Source of the DNA: Octopus sinensis
Taxonomy: Eukaryota
NCBI RefSeq assembly: GCF_006345805.1
Contig: NC_043002.1
Span: 17,670,001-17,734,000, forward strand
Reading direction: 5' to 3'
Length of the DNA: 64,000 nt
The notes under the pieces are model-generated. The model was not told the DNA's origin. It did no database searches and worked only from the letters and a program-made list of their open reading frames with translations. Shown here piece after piece: positions 53,311 to 64,000 of this stretch. How positions within the stretch are numbered: the first letter of the stretch is position 1; each line of letters starts with the position of its first letter. The position numbers and the translations under genes were made by a program.

Positions 53311-54612
53311 AACAATAGGATTTCATTGGAAAAGAATTACCAAACATTACTCATATGAGTCAGATATAAAAACACGAGACATATTTATTTTGATTCAGAA
53401 GATATATTCAACTGATATTCTGGCTCAAATATTTATCCTGTCATTATCTCCTTGTTTTACGATTCGGACGTTTTTTCTATACTATCTTTTCAGGGGCTCC
53501 CGATTCCTGCGATATAAGAATCTTTCGAAAATGTGGTTGATGCTATTAAAGCAGATTTTATGTTCAGATCATACATAGGTAGGTTGTCACTTAACGTTAC
53601 TGGGAAATTTGTGACGTTTGACATTGCTTTTAATGTACAGAGGGCAATGAAGAAATTCGCGATTCACAATTATTATTTCAAAAGCCAGAGCACCACTTAA
53701 ACCGGTTCAAACCATGATGGGAATTGAAAAACCATTAATTATACGAAACCACTGTTATCACCAGCCTAACATCCTTACCGCCAAATCGATGGACATGTAG
53801 AATAAGAGAGCTATTTTTCAGCAGCAACCTGTATAACGTGTTACAGATCGAAGCTGAATAAAGCGGTTAATATTAGAAGTGTTTCGTCTCGAAAAATGAG
53901 TTTAATAGCCCGGTAACTCCGAAATCGTACAGACAAAATATTATGGCGGATATTTAGTTTTGTATGATTTTGCTAGTTAGAATATAATCACTACTACTTA
54001 ATCCGATTCGTTGGAGCGAGAAATTGTTACCAAGTAAATATATTACATTACAGGAATCTCTTTGCATTAACCGTCTTCAAGGTTTCATATGGTTACAATA
54101 GCATATTTCTGGTGAAATCCGAATCGAGGCCATCATTTAACAGACAATCTGTCGTGAAGGTTTACACTTCTCTCAGGCAAAGCGAGTAGTTGTCACGATA
54201 ATTTGAAAGCGACGAGCTCTACCTAATCATGACTGAAATTTAATCCCCGCAAACATTATCTTGAGTGACACGAAGTCTAATTGAATAATAATTGATAATG
54301 AATTGTGCAAAAATGTCATGGGGCATATTGATTACAAAAACAATGTTTTTCAAAAGTTGGTGACGACTGATTTTGCGTAGGTTTGGCTGTACAGCTGTTC
54401 GGTTCCCATACACGTAACATCAGAGTGAAGGCACGCTTTGTATTTATCCCATTCTTTCAAATATAGTGTTTATATTTATTCAAAGAGATATCGGTGCTGA
54501 CAATTAGAAGAACCCCTCTTCACATAAAACGTATTCAGTATATATTCCTTCGTTCTATTCCCAGTAAAAAATGCTTGAATTCTCAGGTGTAATACATGGA
54601 ATGGAGGCTGAC

Positions 54613-54781
54613 CTAGCTGGGCAGTTAAGAGATTTATTTTCGGAATCATTCCACGGTGATTCGCATAGGGCATCTGTTCGAGCAAAATCCTGAGTGTGCG
54701 GTTCTTTGAGCGAAACTGTTCGGGAGACCGTCGGCGGTATCTTTGTATTCTTCATATTCTTCTTGTGTCGTAATATACCGC
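54613..54781 (-). CDS. Candidate internal coding exon of an unidentified gene
   Basis: Acceptor gtagttttaaatcag, donor AG|gtcagc, 169 nt (phase 1 to phase 2), open frame GILRHKKNMKNTKIPPTVSRTVSLKEPHTQDFARTDALCESPWNDSENKSLNCPA; locally GC/CpG-rich. Confidence 0.3.
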
Positions 54782-56276
54782 CTGATTTAAAACTACCAGA
54801 ATGTTTTTAGAGTCTTTGCAGATTTCTCTATGTTTCAGGCTCTCAAACCATGATTTTTGCCCATAAACTATTTTGTATACTCTGCTCAACAGCCTGAGAT
54901 GCTTAAGTCACAGCAAAAGCACTGCTCTTTCCCCACTGAATAACAGCTACAGACAAAAGAAAACTATTGGAAACGATAGTTCGTATTTTATTATCCTGAC
55001 CACTAAGTCATGCATCAAGACCTAACGATTAGGATGCAAGTTTCAGAATCTGCCGATCGGGAATTTTGATCTGGAGTCCGGTTACATTTTGTGTACTTGA
55101 TCGTGTAGGCCATTTCACATTGCTCCCACAATCTTAAAAAGTAAAGTACAAAGACCCAGTAAGGTTTAAGATGTAAGCCACCTCAACTGAACCGAAAGTT
55201 GCAAAACGGCATAAACGTCACATAACAGGAGGGAATCCTAAACAAAGATTTTATAACCATAAACATATTTTATATGATTTATAAATTATAAATATCATTT
55301 ATAATCACAAATTCTTTTTGATCATTTTATTAGCGCAATGAGATATATTAACTCAAAATGTCATTAAATTAATTGCAGAAATCAGTTTTATGTACCAATC
55401 TGTCATTTGTCGAGCAATGTGAAGTTTGAAGAGATGTTTTGTTGAGATATTTCAAGTTCACTGCGGCAACAAACTTGAAGAAATTATCAGTGCTATTTTC
55501 AATAGACATGAAACATCATTTCTAATATAAACATTACATTTATTTTTGCGATAAAAAGGATTAAAACCAGATGACTATGGTACAAAACCTGCCGACTATA
55601 TCAGTTAAAAAAAAACAGGAATTTCAACTAAAACACAAACTGCAAAATCACGGAATTATACAGATCCTACACGTAATGTCCATTATCCCTAGAAAATGGA
55701 CTTTTTCCTTCAGTATTAAGAATATACGATAAGAATTACCTTAAATATCATTAAATTCCCTTTTCAATGTCTGAAATCTGTTTCGTCTATTATTAGTACT
55801 AGTGTCTTTCCTCTTTGATATGTATAACATATATGATATTAAAATCTGCTTTATGGTGTATCACATACTAATATATAATTATAATGTAAATCGCAATATT
55901 CGCCAAAGATGAATTAGGGAACTCTACTATATCAGTAGCAATGTCATCTAAACACCTTAAACTGAGGACTTAAATTTGAATATGCCGTAGTACTTAAGAG
56001 TAAGTCGCACATCCAACAGCATTAACAAAATGCTTATCGCCAGCTTCTTCGCATAACATTATTTAGTATCATATTGGCTTTTCTATGCGAATTTCTCATT
56101 TCGTCTTTCTAATTTCAGTCACATCTGTTACTTGTCTTTAATCACAATCTCAGTTCCCTGTCTGTCAATTTTCTTCGTCTAATATTTAGCTACTCCACTT
56201 AACACGAGAATTTCTAAATGTAATCAAAACTTTTCTCTGCAGCTTAAAGACAGAAACAATACAACAAAAATGTTTC

Positions 56277-56565
<289 letters not shown>

Positions 56566-56873
56566 AGAAAAGTTTTCGCGATGCATTGTCTCTTATATTA
56601 AATGGCTATTATATTTTTGATAAGTTCTAAACAATAAATTTGTAAAAATTACATAGGTAAATAGTTTTACTCGATATTTCCAGATTTACATAACTTGTAC
56701 AGCCATAGGCATTTACTAACCACTTATCGTCACCATCTGCTCTCAGTAGTATTCGGCATCTCAATAACATATCATTATAAAGGTATAAATATTCACCTAA
56801 AGAGCTGTTGTATCGTCCGTCTCCAAATGTTCTGGTGCCCCACGTTATTTTGACGTATGGTTTAGATACACAG

Positions 56874-57258
56874 TGAAAGCACTCCGTCGGTTACGACGAC
56901 GAGGGTTCCGGTTGATCCGAATCAACGGAACAGCCTGCTCGTGAAATTAGCGTGTAAGTGGCTGAGCACTCCACAGACACGTGTACCCTTAACGTAGTTC
57001 TCGGGGATATTCAGCGTGACACAGAGAGTGACAAGGCCGGCCCTTTGAAATACAGGTACAATAGAAACAGGAAGTAAGAGTGAGAGAAAGTTGTGGTGAA
57101 AGAGTACAGCAGGGATTACCACCATCCCCTGTCGGAGACTCGTGGAGCTTTTAGGTGTTTTCGCTCAATAAACACTCACAACGCCCGGTCTGGGAATCGA
57201 AACCGCGATCCTATGACCGCGAGTCCGCTGCCCTAACCACTGGGCCATTGCGCCTCCA
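56874..57258 (-). mobile_element. SINE family B, full length, little diverged
   Basis: Intact tRNA-like head; candidate TSD AGATACA at 56864-56870 and 57260-57266. Confidence 0.95.
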
Positions 57259-57445
57259 CAGATACATAGTACCAGTGTTGTAACAGCAAACAAGATGACG
57301 ATGCAGCCGCTTCGTTATTTCCAATGTCGTACCTTGCTTTCTTTAACTCTAGCTAGAAAGTAACAACGAAACTTTCTACAGGCCCGTTTGATCTCGGGTG
57401 GTAGGACGGAGTAAAAATATGCTTCATCGCATTAATCTTGCAGTA

Positions 57446-57820
57446 CCAGCCACATGGTTCCGGGTTCGTTCCCAATGCGTGGCACCTTGGGCAAGTGTCT
57501 TCTTCTATAGCCTCGGGCCGACCAAAGCCTTGTGAGTGGATTTGGTAGACGGAAACTGAAGGAAGCCCGTCATATATATTTATATATATATATATATGTA
57601 TGTGTGTATATCTTTGTGTGTCTGTGTTTGTCCCCTCCAACATCGCTTGACAACCGATGCTGATGTGTTTACATCCCCGTAACTTAGCAGTTCGGCAAAA
57701 GGGACCGATAGAATACGTACTAGGCTTACAAAGAATAAGTCCTGGGGTCAATTTGCTCGACTAAAGGCGGTGCTCCAGCATGACCGCAGTCAAATGACTG
57801 AAACAAGAGAAAGAGTAAAA
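57446..57820 (+). mobile_element. SINE family A inserted in the gypsy integrase
   Basis: Matches family A, with the 5' tip missing; integrase sequence resumes on both sides. Confidence 0.9.
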
Positions 57821-58057
57821 GTTTGAATTTACTACCCATAAATTGTGCTCCGATATCTGATACCAACATGTCAGGAACACCGTATCGGGCAAATGATTCA
57901 TACAGGAACTTTGTTGTTGTCTTTGCGGCTAGTTTATTGCACCTACATACCTCTGGCCACTTTGTACTGCTATCAACAACGATATGTATTCGATTAGTAT
58001 CACGGACTATCCGTCTCAGGCCACGATTGGTATTTCATCTGTTAAAGCCTTGGCTGC

Positions 58058-58451
58058 TACTCTTTTACATGTTTCAGTCATTTGACTGTGGCCATGCTGG
58101 ATCACCGCCTTTAGCCGAGCAAATAGACCCCGGGACTTATTTTTTGTAAGCCCAGTACTTATTCTATCGGTCTCTTTTGCCGAACCGCTAAGTGACGGTG
58201 ACGTAAACACACCAGCATCGGTTGTCAAGCAATGCTAGGGGGACAGACACACAAACACATACACACATACATGTATATATATATATACATATATACGACA
58301 GGCTTCTTTCAGTTTCCGTCTACCAAATCCGCTCACAAGGTATTGGTCGGCCCGGAGCTATAGTAGAAGACACTTGCCCACGCAGTGGGACTGAACCCGG
58401 AACCATGTGGTTGGTTAGCAAGCTACTTACAACACAGCCACTCCGGCGCCT
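58058..58451 (-). mobile_element. SINE family A inserted in the gypsy integrase
   Basis: Full-length reverse copy between the integrase Zn domain and core. Confidence 0.92.
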
Positions 58452-61400
58452 AGTTTACAACCTCTACATAATTTTACACAACTTTCAATATGCTGGTTCG
58501 TTGTCGGCCAATATACATAGCTTATCATTAAGGCTTTGCTTCTCGATATTTCCAGGTCTCCACTGTGGAATTCCGGCAATACTTGTTCCTGTAATGTAGT
58601 TGGTATTACTCTTTGCGCGTACATTTGCCCATAGTGAAAAATTATTCGAATTTGTGTTTTTATTTTGCTTATTTTTGAACATTTCTTTCATTCTCGTAAT
58701 GTAATTATTCTCGGCGGATTTCATTTTTATATTATGCGCTGTCACTGGCAGTTCGTGAATAACGTTACACATAATGATTTTAATTAATCTTTTCTTCAAT
58801 TCAGCCGAAGATTTCTTTTCACTGGTGGAGGGCAGTCTTTTAATTCTTTACAGTACCGGTTTATCAGGAGATCTCATGAGTCAAATAACTCCAAACAGTC
58901 CGTACCAAATAGATTGGTGGCGTTTTAACGACGAAATCTTTAGCCTTCCAAGTTTTTTCTCGAAATGTGATATCATTCCACATTTCACATAGAATGTGTA
59001 GTCTGTTACCCGTCATGCCACGTTCAATTTTTGCTGTTTTTCTTAACATAAGTTTCTTTATTTTCTTCCACGTGTCGGTGTTAATGATTTAAATGTCACT
59101 ACCAGTATTCGTTTAATTTTACATGAACAAATTTCCTTATTTGGAAGTCGATTTTATTTTCTGCTGAGAGAACTTCAGAATATTTAACATTTGACCTTCA
59201 TAATTTTCTTCTGCAGTGTGAACACTTGGGTCCAAATTTTTGACAACTGTCGCATTTTTTGGTTTTTAAAAGGACAATCGTTCCAGACATGTAGGCCTCC
59301 ACATCGGTAACAGAGATTAAGACTTAGCTATGTTCTTTGGTTTTCCTTTCACGGCCTACATATCTGTATTTTTGCGACATCCTTTTCTTCAATTTTTCTT
59401 ACGTCCTGTTTCAACTCTTTTGCATCAGTCTGCAGGGCAAAATATTAGTTCGCATGTCCACGTTTTGAAAGAATTCTTGCCCGTATTTCTGTATCCCACT
59501 TGATGTAAGGTCTTGTACAAAAACGAGGCACTTAAACATCTCTGTAGTAAGTTCTTTAAGTTTAAAACTTTCACTAATTCTGTTGACTATCCCTGCATAC
59601 GTAATAAAGCCATCGCCCTTTTTTTTTTTTAGTTAAATGCCAACGCTCTATTCAAGTGTTAAATAAAGAAGTTTTATCACCGAACACGTTAGACAGTAAT
59701 TTGATTGTTTCCTGAAAGACTTTTGGGGCAGTATGAATTACAGTATAGTTCATACTCAGACGGAGCTAATTTACGCAGAAAAAAAATTATTATTCTGCGT
59801 CCAACCATGTTTTGCAATCCTTCTTTAAAATTTCCTCGTACTTCTGTGGTACGCTGCGAAAGTTATATCATCCTCTGGGTTGTAATTGAATTCTGTTATG
59901 GAGTTTGATACGCCGTCTGGCAAAACCGAACTTACCGCATTTTCAGACTTCTTTGCGTATAGCTCCAATAATCGTTGCTGTTGTAGTTGTTGCTATACTA
60001 GTTGCTTCTGCAACTCCTGCTGCTGCTCTTGTTGTTGCCTTTGCAACTGTATTATTGTAGCTAATAGGCCTTCTATTATTTAACAATTTGTATCACGAAT
60101 AAATTGTTAAATAACTTACGTGAGCTTCGAAACTCTCGTCACCAGATGTTGTATCTTCCGTCTCCAAATGTGTGCGTGTGTGTGTCTTACACAAAGAGAC
60201 AAGGGTAAGGGAAGACTTTTTGGGCGCTCTGTAATAATACTTCTTGTCGACGAGCGAGAGTCGTTGTGAACCATGTAATCTATACACTCTCTTTCTATCA
60301 CTAAATCCAAAGTTCGCGTCCTAAGATTTAAGATCGTTGTATAAAACACAAACAAATGGAGACTTACAAATTTTTACTTCAAAATTTATAATCTGCAATC
60401 TGCTTACGCGCGTTTCTTATAAGCTAGTGATACGTAATACAATGATGCGGTAATTCTGCACATTTATTAATTCATATTTAATCGACTATCCTGTTACAAT
60501 GATCGATATCAACACCGGTAGCTCCTTCTCAATACTAGCACACTGGAAGGAGTATAGGAAAGAAAACTATTAAGATATAGTAGTAAACGTCTCAGTACTC
60601 TCCAGAGCCAACAAAGGGTGTGAGAAAATATAATACTTAAAAAACAAAATAAAATGAAGTTGAGATCATTTTGAAATATGATAAATTCCTAATGGTGAAT
60701 ACATTATAGACAGTACTAAAAATATATTAGAAAAAATAGTATTTAGTTCACACAATTTACTGTCCACTAAGATCTGTACAAGTAGGACTTTGTGTGGAAG
60801 TCGAATTAGTGAGTTATAGTTATAATGACAAAGATAATGTGATCTGATTTCTTCTCTTAGCAGCCTGGAAACCCCAGTCGTTCTTTAATTTTAGCTTCGT
60901 TAAATGTGACTGGATAATCTTTGCGTCAGTTTTCAACACAAAAACCTTCAATACAAAGGTCCAAATCACTGCTACCTTACGATTCACTAGTGAAATAAAT
61001 TCATCTCTATGAATAAATTCTATCTTCGTCTCCACAAGCCAACCAACGCTATTTGTTCTCCTGCAGAACATCTTAGAGTTCCTTCTCTTGCAAGTAAGAA
61101 TTCTTCGATTATCTACATGTCTAGTTCTTGCGATTCTAAATCATACGACGAATTATTGACGATTAAATGACGATGTAACAATTTTTTAAAGGCAGGATAC
61201 AGCATTGCACTTGCGGTGTTTATTCTTTTTTATTTTTCATTGGTTCAGCAGCTATCATACTGTTCATAGCATTACTTAAATTCTCGCTGTTTTTAAAAGC
61301 ACCTCCACGTGCAACACGGGTTTTGTGTTGATACAACAAAACAAGGGTATTCAATTCGGCAACACTTCATTTTTTAACGGTGGGATTCTGCTATGAAAAC

Positions 61401-61814
61401 TTTGGAATACTATCCATTGGCATCGTTTGAATTGACGTTAGATGCAAGGCGTCCCAAGCTTCTCTTCACTTGATTCGTCATATTTTTCTTTTTCCGAAAC
61501 ATACTGTTAGAATTCTTGACAAATCCATTCAAATGCTCAATATTATTTTAGATACAATTAAATCTTCTTAACCAAAAGTTTCAGACTTCCACACACAGTC
61601 CGTATAAGAAATTCTATTCATATGGTGTCTGTTAATCTGAAGATATGTTACAAGTTACAAGTTATATGCTACAATGATTTGCGTCGTGGAATCGAAACCA
61701 AAACCCAGATACTATGAAGCATATTTCTTTACCAAACGGCTATTTATAACCTCATCTCTCTCTGCCCTCTCTCTTTCTCTCCCTGTTCTCATCTCTCTGT
61801 CTCTAGCTATTTGT

Positions 61815-61832
61815 ATATGTATATATACATAC

Positions 61833-61871
<39 letters not shown>

Positions 61872-62004
61872 TATACATATATATAAACGCATTATATATA
61901 TGTATGTGTGTATATATAATATACCTATATACATATATAAGCACATAATTGCATGTATATATATATATATGTAAATATGTGCATATATATATATATATAT
62001 ATAT

Positions 62005-62038
<34 letters not shown>

Positions 62039-62050
62039 AGTACATTTATG

Positions 62051-62120
<70 letters not shown>

Positions 62121-62310
62121 TACATGTATATATATATATATATATATAGATATACATGTATATATATATATACAGATATACATGTATATATATATATATA
62201 TACTGATATACATGTATATACTATATATATACATATGTATATATACAAATATAAAAATATATACAACTATATGTACGTACATATATGTGTGTATATGCGT
62301 GTGTGTATGT
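61815..62310. repeat. Compound (TA)/(CA) microsatellite
   Basis: Read directly. Confidence 0.95.
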
Positions 62311-62769
62311 GCGTGCGCACGTATGTGTATTCAATATATTTAATATTATTAATTTCAGGGATATAATTTCGTATATGAAATAACTGTGATATAACATTAG
62401 AAAAAAAAAGGAAACAATGCTATCTAAAGTGGAGTTTTCAAGAATATAAAGCGAAATGAACAAAAAACAAAAAAACAAATGATAAATATGTATGTGTTAA
62501 TTTATAGCATTCTGCTTAAAACATTGTTTTATCCGATCACTTCATCCCACCCATTCAATAATATTGCTGTTGGTGAAATTTCAAAACAGAATATTAGAAA
62601 AAAAAATTAAAGCTTTCGGTTCTTTTATTCTTGGCATCAACGCCATAATCGTTAATAACAATGGTTTTCTATCAAATTCTATTGTTATGAAGACTTCAAT
62701 ATGTAGGAAACTGACAACTACACAATAAGGCATGAATATACATAATTACACAGGCATGCACACTCACAG

Positions 62770-62900
62770 AGTAATATACATACATTCATAAAAACATATA
62801 TACATATATATATACATACATACATTTATATATATATATATACAAACACACACACACATATATATATAAATATAAACACACACATATATATATATATATG

Positions 62901-62982
<82 letters not shown>

Positions 62983-63029
62983 CACACATATATATATACA
63001 CACACACATATATATATATAGAGAGAGAG

Positions 63030-63078
<49 letters not shown>

Positions 63079-63112
63079 CATATATATGTGTGTGTGTGTG
63101 TATATATATAAA
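62770..63112. repeat. Compound (TA)/(CA)/(GA) microsatellite
   Basis: Read directly. Confidence 0.95.
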
Positions 63113-63359
63113 GTAATAAAAAGAGGGAGAAGAAGGAGATAGAGACAAAGGGGAAAAGAAATTGTAGAACGATTTTTTATATAAATGTATGTGCATGAAT
63201 GTATGTATGTATAAAGTTATATAATTTGGTACGTGTTCAAATTTAGATGTATATAACTTGTGAATCTATTCTCCATATGACATAACTCATGATTATTGAT
63301 ATGGTATTAATTCATTTCATTTACAATTCTATTCTACTTTCATTCCATGTTTGCACACA

Positions 63360-63400
63360 CAAAGACACACACACACACGCACTTATGTGTTATGTGTATG

Positions 63401-63479
<79 letters not shown>

Positions 63480-63551
63480 GCGTGTGTGTGTGTTATATAC
63501 AGCGGCACAAATACATGTTCACACCCATATTGCACAAATATTCATACATAC

Positions 63552-63633
<82 letters not shown>

Positions 63634-63645
63634 CATATATATAAT
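63360..63645. repeat. Compound (TA)/(TG) microsatellite
   Basis: Read directly. Confidence 0.95.
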
Positions 63646-63904
63646 TAGTTATGCATCAAATGCCTCAACACGTGTGCATATCAATATTGAAGAGTGATAC
63701 AGACATAAATAGACATTTGTAGGTATCGCTTTATCCAGCATGGTCTATATGTTAATACTTAGATATAGAATTAAAAAGGTACACCGCATATATAAATATA
63801 CGCATATACATACCATTCTAGATACATATTTACATATATATATCTTAGCTTGTATAGATTTATATCTAACTATTTATGCATTGAATATATGTATACGTGT
63901 CTTT

Positions 63905-63911
63905 ATGTATG

Positions 63912-63977
<66 letters not shown>

Positions 63978-64000
63978 ATAATATATATATATATACATAC
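63905..64000. repeat. (TA)n microsatellite
   Basis: Read directly. Confidence 0.95.

Larger units (their letters stand above)
56806..60350 (-). mobile_element. Ty3/gypsy LTR retrotransposon remnant (K02A2.6-like), RT/RNase H largely missing, interrupted by three SINEs
   Basis: LTR end CAACA and PBS-like TGGTGACGAG (60151-60135); poly-Q gag with NSITEFNYNPEDDITFAAY; knuckle CYRCGGLHVWNDCPFKNQKCDSCQK; protease-region remnant; integrase Zn domain RVIPTTLQEQVLPEFHSG..SYVYWP..C..C; core VVDSSTKWPEV..FARYGVPDMLVSDIGAQF and YHPRSNG; 25-bp LTR-end match at 56806-56831. Confidence 0.88.

Noticed and set aside
53494-53578. Strong acceptor/donor pair around ESFENVVDAIKADFMFRSYI
   Set aside because: All three frames contain a stop when the strong acceptor is used; the alternative AAG acceptor is weak.
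57170-57258. tRNA-like sequence with A and B boxes (also the family A heads)
   Set aside because: These are SINE heads continuing into SINE bodies; no proper acceptor stem or cloverleaf.
59886-60083. Cys-rich metallothionein-like ORF on +
   Set aside because: It is the antisense of the poly-Q gypsy gag N-terminus.

Overview
AT-rich animal genomic DNA, most likely an Octopus intron or intergenic region (inferred from the SINE families and the very high (TA)/(TG)/(TATG) microsatellite load; not confirmed by search). No complete host gene, rRNA, true tRNA or CRISPR array is visible, and most ORFs in the track are microsatellite artefacts (YI/CV/TH runs). The window is a nest of mobile elements: about 30 SINE copies or fragments from four tRNA-type families, CR1, RTE and RLE-type LINE remnants, two mariner loci, two non-autonomous Helitrons, an RT-deleted Ty3/gypsy element carrying three SINE insertions, and many Penelope-like element (PLE) relics. 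The most interesting signal is a set of fold-back hairpins that look like PLE ends, several carrying minimal type I hammerhead ribozyme motifs: one with a canonical core (25377-25405) and one with an apparent compensatory U3-A8 core variant present in both arms of a 370-bp palindrome (46690-47059). A few isolated candidate host exons (best: 6844-7000 on +, 54613-54781 on -) could not be assigned to a gene. All alignments were made by eye, so boundaries and identities are approximate.
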